This document shows positions 38,520-50,200 of a DNA stretch of 64,000 nucleotides, piece by piece. Position 1 is the stretch's first letter. Every line of letters starts with the position of its first letter. The notes under the pieces were generated by a model. It was not told where the DNA came from. It saw only the letters and a program-made list of their open reading frames with translations, and ran no database searches. This DNA is from Rotaria socialis (taxonomy: Eukaryota). The stretch spans positions 248,001 through 312,000 of the forward strand of contig CAJNYD010000015.1 of NCBI GenBank assembly GCA_905331295.1. Direction: 5' to 3'. A program made the translations under genes and the position numbers.

Positions 38520-39554
38520 ATGAGTTCGTCCGAAGAAGGTAGATAAAAAAAGTGACGATCTCATTTTATAATTTATTATTTCTCATTTAATAAGTTTCAT
38601 GGATTTCATGGTTCTGTGGTCTTCGTGGAAATGAATTTTTCTGTGAGGTGGATGAAGATTATATACAAGATAAATTTAATTTAGTATGCTCTAATCGAAC
38701 CTTAAAATTCTCTTCTAATATTTTTTTTCTCTCCAAAGACGGGCCTCAATGAACAAGTACCACATTATAGACAGGCACTTGATATGATACTTGATCTTGA
38801 GCCAGACGATGAACTTGATAATCAAGAAAATCCGAATCAATCAGATCTGATTGAACAAGCTGCTGAGATGCTTTATGGTAATTTGTTTTATTTTTCCTAA
38901 TTTAAAAATAAATTAATGATATATACATATATATATATATATATCAGGTCTTATACATGCACGTTATATTCTTACTAATAATGGTATAGCGCAAATGCTT
39001 GAGAAATTCCAAAATGGTGATTTTGGTCTATGCCCTCGCATATATTGTGACAATCAACCAATGTTACCGGTATGGTTGACTATATAGTTTCTTTTTGTTA
39101 TAACATTAAATTTCTTAAATAAAACTTCCAATTTTGACAATAGATTGGTTTATCAGAAGTTCCTGGTGAAGCCATGGTGAAATTATATTGCCCAAAATGT
39201 ATGGATGTTTATACACCAAAAAGTTCCCGTCATCATCATACTGATGGAGCTTATTTTAGTACAGGTTTTCCTCATATGCTCTTTATGGTTCATCCTGAAT
39301 ATCGTCCTAAACGACCAACAAATCAATTTGTTGCTCGACTTTATGGATTTAAAATTCATTCCATGGCATATCAATTGCAATATCAAGCAGCAGCTAATTT
39401 TAAACAAACGAATACAAGTTCAGTCGTTCCAAGTGCTGCCGTCGGTGGTAGTGCTACAACAACAACAACAACAACAGTAGCAGCAGCAGCAACCACTGCA
39501 GCAACGGCAACAACAGCAGCGGCAACAACAGCTCGACCATTGATTAAAGATTGA
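38520..39554 (+). CDS. CSNK2B: Casein kinase II regulatory subunit beta
   Basis: [42 protein letters not shown] and CPKC zinc finger, HHTDGAYF; 5 coding exons. Confidence 0.97.
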
Positions 39555-40629
39555 TATTATCTATTATTTGTCGTGTTTTTTTTTATTGCATATGAACAAA
39601 AAACAAAAATGATTCCTATTTACTGCGATTATTGAAACATTTTTTCTTTTGATGATATCATTGTTCCTTATGCTGTGTATATGTCTTTCTTTCTACTCTT
39701 TCTTTAGCAACGTTCACGAAATAAAAGAAAATTAAAACTAGAATTTGATGCTAGAAATCCTTCATTATCATCTAGTCTTCATTTTTTTTGTTGATATGAC
39801 GTAGCTGTTGAAAGTGTAAAAAATTTGACGCAACCGTAAAACCCTTTGATATTGTATGAATCTGCGTATTTCGTCAATATTAGTCTTATTGTCAAAGCGC
39901 TCTTTTATAAAAATTTCGTCTAAAATTTATGAAATTAAATTACTAAGCTAGCTTTGAAAAGATATAATTCATTTTAATGCATGCACTTTCTACCAATAGA
40001 ATATTTATATTTCATTACAACAAAAATCAATGATGTAGTAGCGTAAATCATTATTAAAACTTACTATGTCCATCTCAAAAAGTATGATTTAGATTGAATT
40101 CAACAAATGAAATTTTGAAAATAAATAACATATAATATAGAAATACATGTTATTTCCATCGGTTCATTTCATGTCGACCAAATTTTAGTTCATCTACATC
40201 TTATTAGTGTCAGTTCAAAATTTGTTTTTTTTTCTATACTGCATAGTGCAGTAAATTGAACACGCAAACAGTCATCGATAATCTGTCATATTTTTATAAT
40301 TCAATTAATAAAAATGCCAATACTAGAAGCTGATTTGATCATGTTTTTTAGCGGGTAGTAAATTGAGATTTTTTTTGAAATCAGCCCTAGTCCGATGCAA
40401 TCGAGGGTCGATGTTTCTATTTCACCATTATATGATCCTTCCTATGTGAACAAGCAAGTAAAAGCTATCAATTTCTTATGCAAGATGAGATTTTTCTCAA
40501 AGGATCATTTTTCTACAGAATGCATTTATTCAAAAATAACTTTCATGCAATAAGATTTAAATATAATATTTCAGACCTATAAATATATTTTACATTAGAA
40601 TTCTTTTTCGAGTACTCAATCGTTAGGCT

Positions 40630-40654
40630 TATATATATATATATATATATATAT
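40630..40654. repeat. (TA)n microsatellite
   Basis: About 12 TA units; shorter (TA)n tracts also near 13843, 30325, 38930 and 62150. Confidence 0.9.
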
Positions 40655-41367
40655 TTGTTTATCTCTTATTTCGTCGTGTACAGTTATAAAATATTCTATA
40701 CTGGCTCGTTTTTTTTTAATACAATGCTTTTGAACACGAAACTGTAGACACGTAGTTTGGATCATTCGCTAATACAAACAAACCTATCATTTTTCTCTGC
40801 TCTGATGAATAGTGGCACTATAACACTTTGATCTGATTTGTTCCATCAGTATAATGACAATTTTTCTTTCAATGTTATCAATACTAACCTTTTCCTTTTA
40901 CTAGCATTATATAAGTTCCGTGACCTTTTATCATCGTTGCAATATCTGAAAAATATGAATATGCACGCGTAACTTGCCGAGCTCTACATTGTAAAAATCA
41001 ATGACACTTGAAAAATGTTTGCTTGTTTATAGTTATCGATGCATGAAATGAATTCAGTATCGCACAGGTTTGCTTTTCTACAGATATATTGATAATTAAT
41101 ATTCTGATTTTAGTCACAGCATAACAACTTCTTAATTTCCAATAGAACCATAATCATGTTCTGTTTCAATTATAAATTATGAAATCTTTTTCTTAGAACA
41201 ACGCAGAACATATTTTATTTAACTATTTCAAAAACAATTATATTATAAATAAATAATTGTTAGGAATCAATCATAAAAAAACAAATTCGCTATTCTGTGT
41301 ATAATTGATTTTTAAAAAATACACTGTTGATTTCAATCATGACAGAGAAATTCTCTGACGTTCATTT

Positions 41368-42225
41368 TTATGTCCTAGAATAATACTCATTATTAACAAA
41401 AATAGCAATACGATTATCAATATCTCCAATATACTCGAAACCTGATCTGCTATACAATTTTGGTGCAGATACTGCTCCGGTACCTTCATTGGCGCATTGT
41501 AAACAAAGCGTCACATCATGATTTTGTTGTTTTTCATTGTTGTTAACAGACATTCCAACAAGATAGTTAATGATAATTCTTCCAAAACCTTTAGATTGAT
41601 GAGAACTATCCACGACAATGTCTGATACGTATCCAAATATTGTATCATTAGTTTTCAATGTAAATAATCGTCCGAAACCACAAGGAGAATTATTTATTTT
41701 ATCTAATATCATTGCAATGTGTGTTGCTGAATTGATTCGATTTTTCATTTCTTCTAAATCCCATGGTTTACACCAAAAACCTTCTCTAATCATCATTGTA
41801 ACTAATGTTTCCGAATGATTTAATATTAATTGTTTATCAGTTATTAATTCATATTGTTCTTGTTCAGGTTTTAAACGATTGTCTGGATAAAACTTGATAT
41901 TATCGTTTTTAACAGACATGAACCATGAAATTTTATTTTTAGTTTCAAGTTTATCAATATCAATTTGATTATCGAACATCGTTGGTAAACGTACGCAAAC
42001 TAATGATTTATATAATTCACCAAGAGTAGACATAACTAAAGATAGAAGTTGATCAAGTTGTTCATGATTATCCGGTGCTATCGCTACATGTTTGAACGTG
42101 ACAAGAACAGTAAGATCAGGTTTATCCACTGCATAAGCTCCTTCAGCAACAATATTTGAATTAATTTCAGCGTTACTTTTCACTTGAATTGTTTTTGACG
42201 GTTCGTTTAGATTGACAATAAGCAT
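41368..42225 (-). CDS. Intronless GNAT-family N-acetyltransferase (HGT candidate)
   Basis: C-terminal half: GFGRL...GYVSDIVVDSSHQSKGFGR (acetyl-CoA motif A) and KLYSRSGF (motif B); 285 aa with no introns. Confidence 0.85.
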   Translation of the reverse strand: MLIVNLNEPSKTIQVKSNAEINSNIVAEGAYAVDKPDLTVLVTFKHVAIAPDNHEQLDQLLSLVMSTLGELYKSLVCVRLPTMFDNQIDIDKLETKNKISWFMSVKNDNIKFYPDNRLKPEQEQYELITDKQLILNHSETLVTMMIREGFWCKPWDLEEMKNRINSATHIAMILDKINNSPCGFGRLFTLKTNDTIFGYVSDIVVDSSHQSKGFGRIIINYLVGMSVNNNEKQQNHDVTLCLQCANEGTGAVSAPKLYSRSGFEYIGDIDNRIAIFVNNEYYSRT

Positions 42226-42640
42226 GTTTCTTCTTCTTTCTTTCTCTCCGCTACATGTAGCAAGAAAAACACAAATAGATATTTACTCTTTTGTTATTTA
42301 TCTCATCCGCATCTTTTTTTTTTATAGCATTTCAATTTTTACATTACACGCTGATATGATATCAGGTTAAACAATATTCAAGTAATATTGTGTAATAAAA
42401 AAGAACTCAGTTGATTTTATTTTACGATAAAAAAGAATTATAGTTTAATCACCCTTGAGATTTTGTGCTAGATGGCATTAGTGTATGAAGATGAATATTA
42501 GTCACATGGCTTCAACTGGATCGTTAATTCCACCAACGACAATAGGGAATGTCTCATGTGTTTATTTTCTCTCTGCTTTTATTTCTTAATATTCAGTTTT
42601 TGTTGGCAAAAAAAAGAAGTTTTAGTTTTAGAAATAATCA

Positions 42641-44087
42641 ATGGATGATTCTAACTCGTCATTACCATTTGTATCTAATCAATCAGCAAATATTTCAATA
42701 GTACCAAGAACAGATAGTTCTATTTCTTCTCCTACATCATCACCACCGCCACCACCGACGCCATCAAATTTTGATCGAACATCATTAACAAATACAAATC
42801 AAACGCGTAATAGTATTCCTGGAAAACATTGTTGGGTTTGCTTTGCTACAGATGAAGATGATTTTTCTGCTTGTTGGGTTTCACCATGTCGCTGTCGTGG
42901 AACAGCTAAATGGGTTCATCAAGAATGTCTTCAACGATGGGTTGATGAGAAACAACAAGGATCAAGTGGAGGTAAATTATTCTACTGTATTTTTCATCTC
43001 TCAAAATATTCTGTTTAGTGAAAGTTGCATGCCCACAGTGCAATACAGAATACCTTATTATTTATCCTAAACATGGTAAATATAAATATATCTAACTAGC
43101 AGAATAATATGAAAGTTTGTTTTTAAATTTTAGGTCCACTAGTTTATACGCTTGATTTAATTGAGCGCATTTTAAATCGTTTTTGTCCATTTCTTGCCGG
43201 TGGTATTCTTGTTGGATCTGTTTATTGGACAGCTGTCACATATGGTGCTGTTACAATCATGCAGGTAAGCAAAAGTTTTTATTTTCTATTAATAGAAGAA
43301 AACAAAAATGAAGAATACAACAATTTCTAGATTCTTGGACATAAAGAAGGTTTAAGTGTAATGGAGAAAGCTGATCCACTTTTTCTTCTTATTGGTTTAC
43401 CAACAATACCTATAGTTTTAATTCTTGGACGAATGATACGATGGGAAGAAGCTGTATTGAAATTTTGGCGTAAACACTCATCTAAGTTGCCGCTCATGAA
43501 TTATTTATTTCCGAGTGGTAAAATTCAAAAAAAAAAATTTGTTAGAGAATTTTCTAATAAATCAACATTATTTCTACTTAGAACGTACATCATATTTACC
43601 TCGTGTGCCAACGGAACGCAATGGAAATTCGAATCCTGCATCTTTAACAAGACTTATTTGTGGTGGTCTTATACTACCAACCATTGCCACTATATTTGGA
43701 AAATTTATGTTTCAACGTGTTCATTCAAATTTTCAACGAACACTTCTGGTCAGAATAAAAGATAAAGAAAATTTTTTCTTAGAATAAGGAGACAAATCTT
43801 GCGTTTTATTTTTGCAGGGTGGTATTGCATTTATTGTTTTGAAAGGTACAGCCAAAATTTATTATAAGCAAAGTCAATATATTCGTGAAGCACACCGAGA
43901 AATTCTTAACTATGAAACAACAGCAGCAGCCAGTTCATCACATTATCCGCATCATCTTCCGCCACCGCCACCAGCTGCTCCTCCCGTAACAACAGTTGAA
44001 GTTCATGCATATGATAATGCGAATGAAATATTTGTGGTTCCACCGCCATCATCAACTACGAATGGTCAATCACCTTTAAACTTTTAA
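42641..44087 (+). CDS. MARCHF5: Mitochondrial RING-CH E3 ubiquitin ligase MARCH5/MITOL
   Basis: CWVCFATDEDD...PCRCRGTAKWVHQECLQRWVDEKQ, CPQCNTEY, YWTAVTYGAVT, ADPLFLLIGLPTIP; multi-exon. Confidence 0.96.
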
Positions 44088-44277
44088 AAATTAAAAGTTT
44101 CAATTTTTTGCCCTTTCTTGTGTATAATTCTTATATGAAAGATTTCAATTTTTTGTTTTCTGCTTTAAAAAGAAAATTTAATGAGGAGAAGAAAAAGCTA
44201 ATTTTGTTGTTTTTCCTTTTTTTTTCTATCTTGCTTCTAGTTTGAATATACATATATTATTTAGAGACTTTTATATA

Positions 44278-47200
44278 ATGACATCAACAAATAATATAGA
44301 CAAAGTCAAAACATATCTATTAGCTGCAAGTGGACGGCGAACTATACGAAATACACAATGGATAGATGATGTACCATCGGAAAGCTTTACTTTACCGAAA
44401 TATGAAGTAAGTCAATTTTGTAATCATTGAAAAGGTTCTTTCAACGTTAATTTGGAATCACATTTGCCAGCTGTTAGATGAAAGCGACATTTTAATTTTT
44501 AATGTCACAATCATTTTTCTCTACTAATAATAAATGATAGTCGCTATATATATATATCGGAGTCTATTATACGATAGCTTTCATCTGAAATTTTATTTGT
44601 TTCTGTTATTTTGATTAAAAAAAGAAACTTGAATAAAGAAAACAAATTGATGATGTCAGTGTTCTATGGGTTTAACATTGATGCTAATGAATTATGGAAT
44701 ATTAGAGTGTGCTGTTAGGCAATATTGCTTTGAACTTAAATCTTTGAAGACATGGGAGATACAAGGAGGTTTACTGGTGGGAAATATATCCAGCCAAAGA
44801 ATCATCATTTTTACGTGCCATATTTCAGATTAGAATGCCAATTAAAAGGCTGTAATTCGATAGGGAAATCCCTTATCTGTTTCGAGTTTTGAATGTACGG
44901 TCGTCTACATTGATAATCCAAAGTGAAAAGTAATTTTCAAGTTCGAAAAAATTCCTTGTCAGCAACAGTGTCCTCATAAATGTCATTACGCTCACAGATT
45001 TAGTCTAAGCTAATTTGATCTTTTTTTATTTGAAAACGCTTTTTAATGCAAATAGTATCGAATTTTTTTCTTTTAATACAAATCACATCTACTGAAATCG
45101 AAATGAATCCGTTTCAATATTAAATTACAATTAGTAATCATTTATTGAACAGTAGAACTATTTTATCTGAACCTTGAAATCGAATAATAGCCTCATATAG
45201 TACATCGGTTTTATAATTATTAAAAGAAAAAGAATTTTCAATGGATAAACGTGCTTTTTTTTAGGTCGAAATCCTTGATAAAGTCAAACGTGAAAATACC
45301 ATTGTCTGTTTACACAGTAATACCTCAAAGAATTTTCTTATTATTAATGTTATACGAGAATATTCATATGGTATTAAACAAAATTTTGATGAAGGTGGTC
45401 AACGTATCGTTTTTCTTTCAATGGGTATGATTATAATAAAAATAAAACCAACAACTATTCGTAAAGTTCTACTCTATTCCTATAGAACAAGATCCAGTTG
45501 CATTAGCTGAAATGATTCATCGGCATTTACCAGTCGATGTCGGCTCATTTGGTATTGAACACGGAGTACTTCTATGGAAAAAGGAACAATGGCTACAGGA
45601 AATGCGAATTCGTTCTGTATTAGTGATGCATCCAACTGTTTTTCATGAATTACTCAATCGAAATTATATCGGTAAATAAAAGAATTCAATCGTAATAAAA
45701 TTTTCATATTTTTCATACAATAGAATTTCCACATATTAAATTGTTAATTCTCGACGAATGTCACCAGGCTATTCGTGATCATGCTTATGGTTCTATTCTA
45801 AAACAATATAAAAATGTTTTGGATAGAGCAGATAATAATAATAATATCCGGTTGCCACGTCTTTTTTCAATAACGACTGCTTTACTTAAAACTCATTGTA
45901 CACCAATACAACTTCAAGAACGCATTGAAAATTTACGGACTATGTTTTGGTATAGAAAATCTTTTCTTTTTATATCCTAGTACATGTATGATTTAAATAA
46001 GATTTTGTTTTTATTAATTTTATAGTTCGAGTATTTTCACTGCTACAGATCTTATTTGTCGTCAATCAAATCGATTAGCAAAAATACCAAAAGAAACCAT
46101 TACTGTGTGTAAAAATACTAATAAACAACAACCGGAAATTGCAATCGAAATAGCACGAGTATGTATACTTCATTTACTATTGGATTTTTCAAAGCATAGC
46201 TTATTATTTTTTTTCAAAGGAAATTTATGACGCTCTTGATTATTTAAACAAATTAGAGCCACCGCAAATCTCATCGGCGATGAATACTGATGAAAATTCA
46301 TCACCATTGACTATTCCACGGCAAGTACTTACCGAATGTTTACGTCTAGTTGATAAGCTAGGCATTTGGGCACTACTTCGTTCATCATTACCGATCATAA
46401 CTCAATTAGAACGTCTTTCAAGTATTGCTATTGAGCAAAGTACTGCTTCATTGTCGTCTTCGTCTCATCACATTTCTCTCTCATCACCACGTGCATATTC
46501 GTTATTTCTTGATTGGACTTGTACATTACTACGACTTTGGAGAGCACGTATTAAGACGGTTATTGAAACACTTGATTCAAATACATTAATTGAACAATAT
46601 ACAACATCAAAATTACGTTCATTATTTGATATATTAAAACGTTTTCAATCGGATGCAACAAGTGTGCATAGTCGTCGTTGGTCAGCAATTATATTTGTTG
46701 ATCGTAAACAAGAAACTGCTGTACTTAATGCTCTATTGAAGGATGCGGCCAAGCGTTTTCCTGATGAATATTCATTTATACGACCAAATTTTTTAATTGG
46801 ATATTCAACAATGCAGCCAACAGAGGATCTATCAACTAGTCAACATATTCAACCGATGGATAGTCGAAAACAGGTATATCGAAAAAGAAAATGATGTTTT
46901 TTGATCGAATTACGAATATTTATTCTAGGAAGAAGTTATGCGAAAATTTCGTCTCGGTGAAAATAATATTATTGTTGCATTGAGTTCTCTTGAAGAATTA
47001 AAAGATATACCAGATTGTAATCTAGTAGTTCGATTTAATGTACCAACAAATTATCGATCGTATATGCAATCAAAAGTAAACGATAATTTTAATGATTTAG
47101 TAATATTGTTTCTTATTGTTGAAAATTCTACTAGGGCAAAGCAAGAGCTCAAACACCACATTTTTTTATGCTGGTCGAACAAGATGAATATGATACCTTC

Positions 47201-50200
47201 CTAACAAATCTTAATTCATTTAAAGGCATTGAACAGGTACGTTCTATTGATATTAATTTAAAGAGAAAAAAATGTAAACGTCTATGATTTGTTCATCAAA
47301 ATAAATTTCTTATAATAATTAATTTTTCAAGTAAACTCAATTTTTGTTCTTTTTTTATACAAGGTCTTGACAAAAGAATTTCAAGAAATTAATACTCCTC
47401 TTCCACCGGCTACTATCGAACGTGAACGAATACCAAATGCTATTGAAGTAATCAATAGGTAAATTTATTCCTTCTTTGTTCTTGCCATCTTTTCATTATC
47501 AAAGTTGAATATTTGGTTATCTTAGATATTGTGCTCGACTTCCATGTGATGCTCTAACAACATTAGTTCCATCGTGTGAAATAAAGAAAATTGATGACGA
47601 ACAATATCAATGTACTCTTTCATTGCCAGTTAATTCGCCTGCACGAACAACAATTATAGTATAGATTTTAATATTTTCTCGAAAATAATTCTCAATTAAT
47701 TTGCTTTCTTCTCAGGGTCCTATTCGTTCAACCGTAAAAAAAGCAAAACTTTCAACTGCCAAACGTCTTTGTGAACATCTCCTAAAAGCAGGTCAGTATC
47801 GGAATAGTTACGTGAAAATCTTTCAAATTAAGTCTTATTTAAAGGAGAATTAAATGAACTCTTATTACCTGAAACGCGCGAACAATTTTATCTTCGTCAT
47901 TCAACTATTGACGATGAAGATTTTGTTGAATGGGGTTCATATAATGAACCCAATCCAAAGCCTGGTTCCGTTCAACGTAAACAACTTTATACCAAAGCTG
48001 TAAAATATTTAAATCAACTTTAAAAATAAATCTACATATCATTTATAGGTTATACCTGAACCTGTTTCAACAACGAATTCTTCGGATTTTTTCGTTTATT
48101 GTATGAATGGTGAATTAACAACACCATTGGTTCAATCCAATGAACAGCAAAAACCAACAATTATTTATACACATGAATCTAATCGAAATCGAATCGGTTT
48201 ACTGTCAGCAAATTATCTACTTGAAGTGAATAGAAGAAAAAAAAAACGCTGAAAGATGAAGACTCTTTTATTTTTCTTATAGATTCCAGCATTTTCATTA
48301 TTTTCTCGTGCTGGTGAAGAAACTTTTGATCTCGAAATGATCATGAAAAATATTCATTTTACATCGGATGAATATCGAATGTTACAAACAGTTCATTATT
48401 ATTTATTTTCTTCCATACTTGGATTTGATCGTCCATTAGTTAATTTCAATCCTGAGCAGACTAAATCACATTTAATTATTATTTTATTAAAAATGGATCC
48501 GTCAGGTTCATATTCAATCGATTGGAAATTAACCAAGGATATTATTACATTTATTCAATCGATGTTCTTAGATAAATATACTCTTGAAAATCCATATGTA
48601 TTTAATGCAAATGATTTCAATCAAACATGTATTGTTTTACCGTCGTATCGTCGTTCAACTCAACCACAATATTATATTGTTAATTCTATTGATACAAATA
48701 AAAATCCTCTATCATCATTTCCATCTATATCAACGATCTATGATACATTTTCATCGTATTATGAAATAAAATATGAATTACTTTTAACAAATAAAACACA
48801 ACCATTATTATGTGTATCGCATACATCGCATCGTATGAATCAATTAATTCCACGTTATATGAATTTTAAAACGATGAAAGTAACAAATGGAAATCGAAAT
48901 ATAAATCGTACGAATCAACATTCAAAAACAAACGGTTCAACACATCATCCTCATCATCATCATCAAGGAGTTTTTCTCATACCAGAATTAGTTATTATTC
49001 ATCCGATAAATTCACAATTATGGCAAGGAATTATAGCATTACCTAGTATGCTGTATAGAATCAATTCGTTGTTATTAGTTGAACAGTTGAGACGAACAGT
49101 TGCATTAGAAACAGGTGTTGGCGTTGCATGGGCACCTGAAGATGGACAATTTGATAAGTTAGGTTTTGAATGGGACGAAAAAAAAGAAGCACAATTCTCA
49201 GCTCTATTAGATAATAATGATGCATTTTTTACTGATGAACCTATTGATCCGAATTGGAATTTTGAAATCAGTGTTTGGAATGGAAATGATTTACACAATT
49301 GGACAAGTATAAATTAGCGAAGCATTTATATACAAGTTTTTAATATTATCTATTTAGATGATTCAGCATGGCTCGAAGCAAAAGATCGTTGTATTATGAT
49401 AAATGCTGCTGATGTAAGTACTAGCATGTCAAATAAATTTTAATTTTTGAATGTCTGCTGCAGGTATTTTGAGTCCCATAAACTGAAAACTTTCATGCAT
49501 TTTCTGAAAATATTATACACAACGAAGAAGTATTAAATAGATTCAAATTAGACGTCAATAATCTAGTCAATATCAATCTTTCTTTTATGTCAAAGTTTCT
49601 AATATCTTCCGAATAACAAACAGTTCTATTAACCTACTTCATTCGCACTTATACTCTCAAGGAAAATTAGAGATATGAAGGTTTTACAGTTTCCTATACA
49701 ATTAAGAATCATTTAACAAAATAGTTTCGGTGAAAATTCTGTTTTAAATAAAACAATTCTAGTTTCTATGTTGTCGATTTTCGAAAATTTAGTTCGCTGA
49801 TGCTGATTTCGATGATGATATGGATCTTGAAGATGATGCAGAAGAAGATAAGCATACCGGTTCACAACAAGCTGGCCGATCTGCATCAAGTATATTGTTT
49901 CTTTTGAATCCAAAATAATTAATCATCTATAAATTCTTATTTAGCTTGGGCAGGTACGCCACAGAAACAAAAACTAGAATCATCAACCGACGACGATGAA
50001 GACGACGAAGATGATGATGATGATGACGATGATAATAATGAAGCCGTTGAAAATGCTAAACAAAATAATAAATCTTCTCTATCATCCAATAAGAAAAAAC
50101 AAGATAATAATTCATCGAAAGAAACCAAAGTAAAAAATTATCATATTGATTTACCTCGTTTACATGAAGATCTTAAAACTAAATCAAAAAAATTCCTTTC

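Noticed and set aside
38145..38546. 133-aa ORF upstream of and in frame with CK2 beta exon 1
   Set aside because: Its first ~95 codons are low-complexity F/I/L from T-rich non-coding DNA; only the part from 38430 looks coding.
49937..50128. Poly-Ser ORF and other antisense or alternate-frame ORFs over real exons
   Set aside because: Shadow frames of Dicer (GAT/GAC repeats), egh, GALNT, CFAP210 and ODF2 exons.
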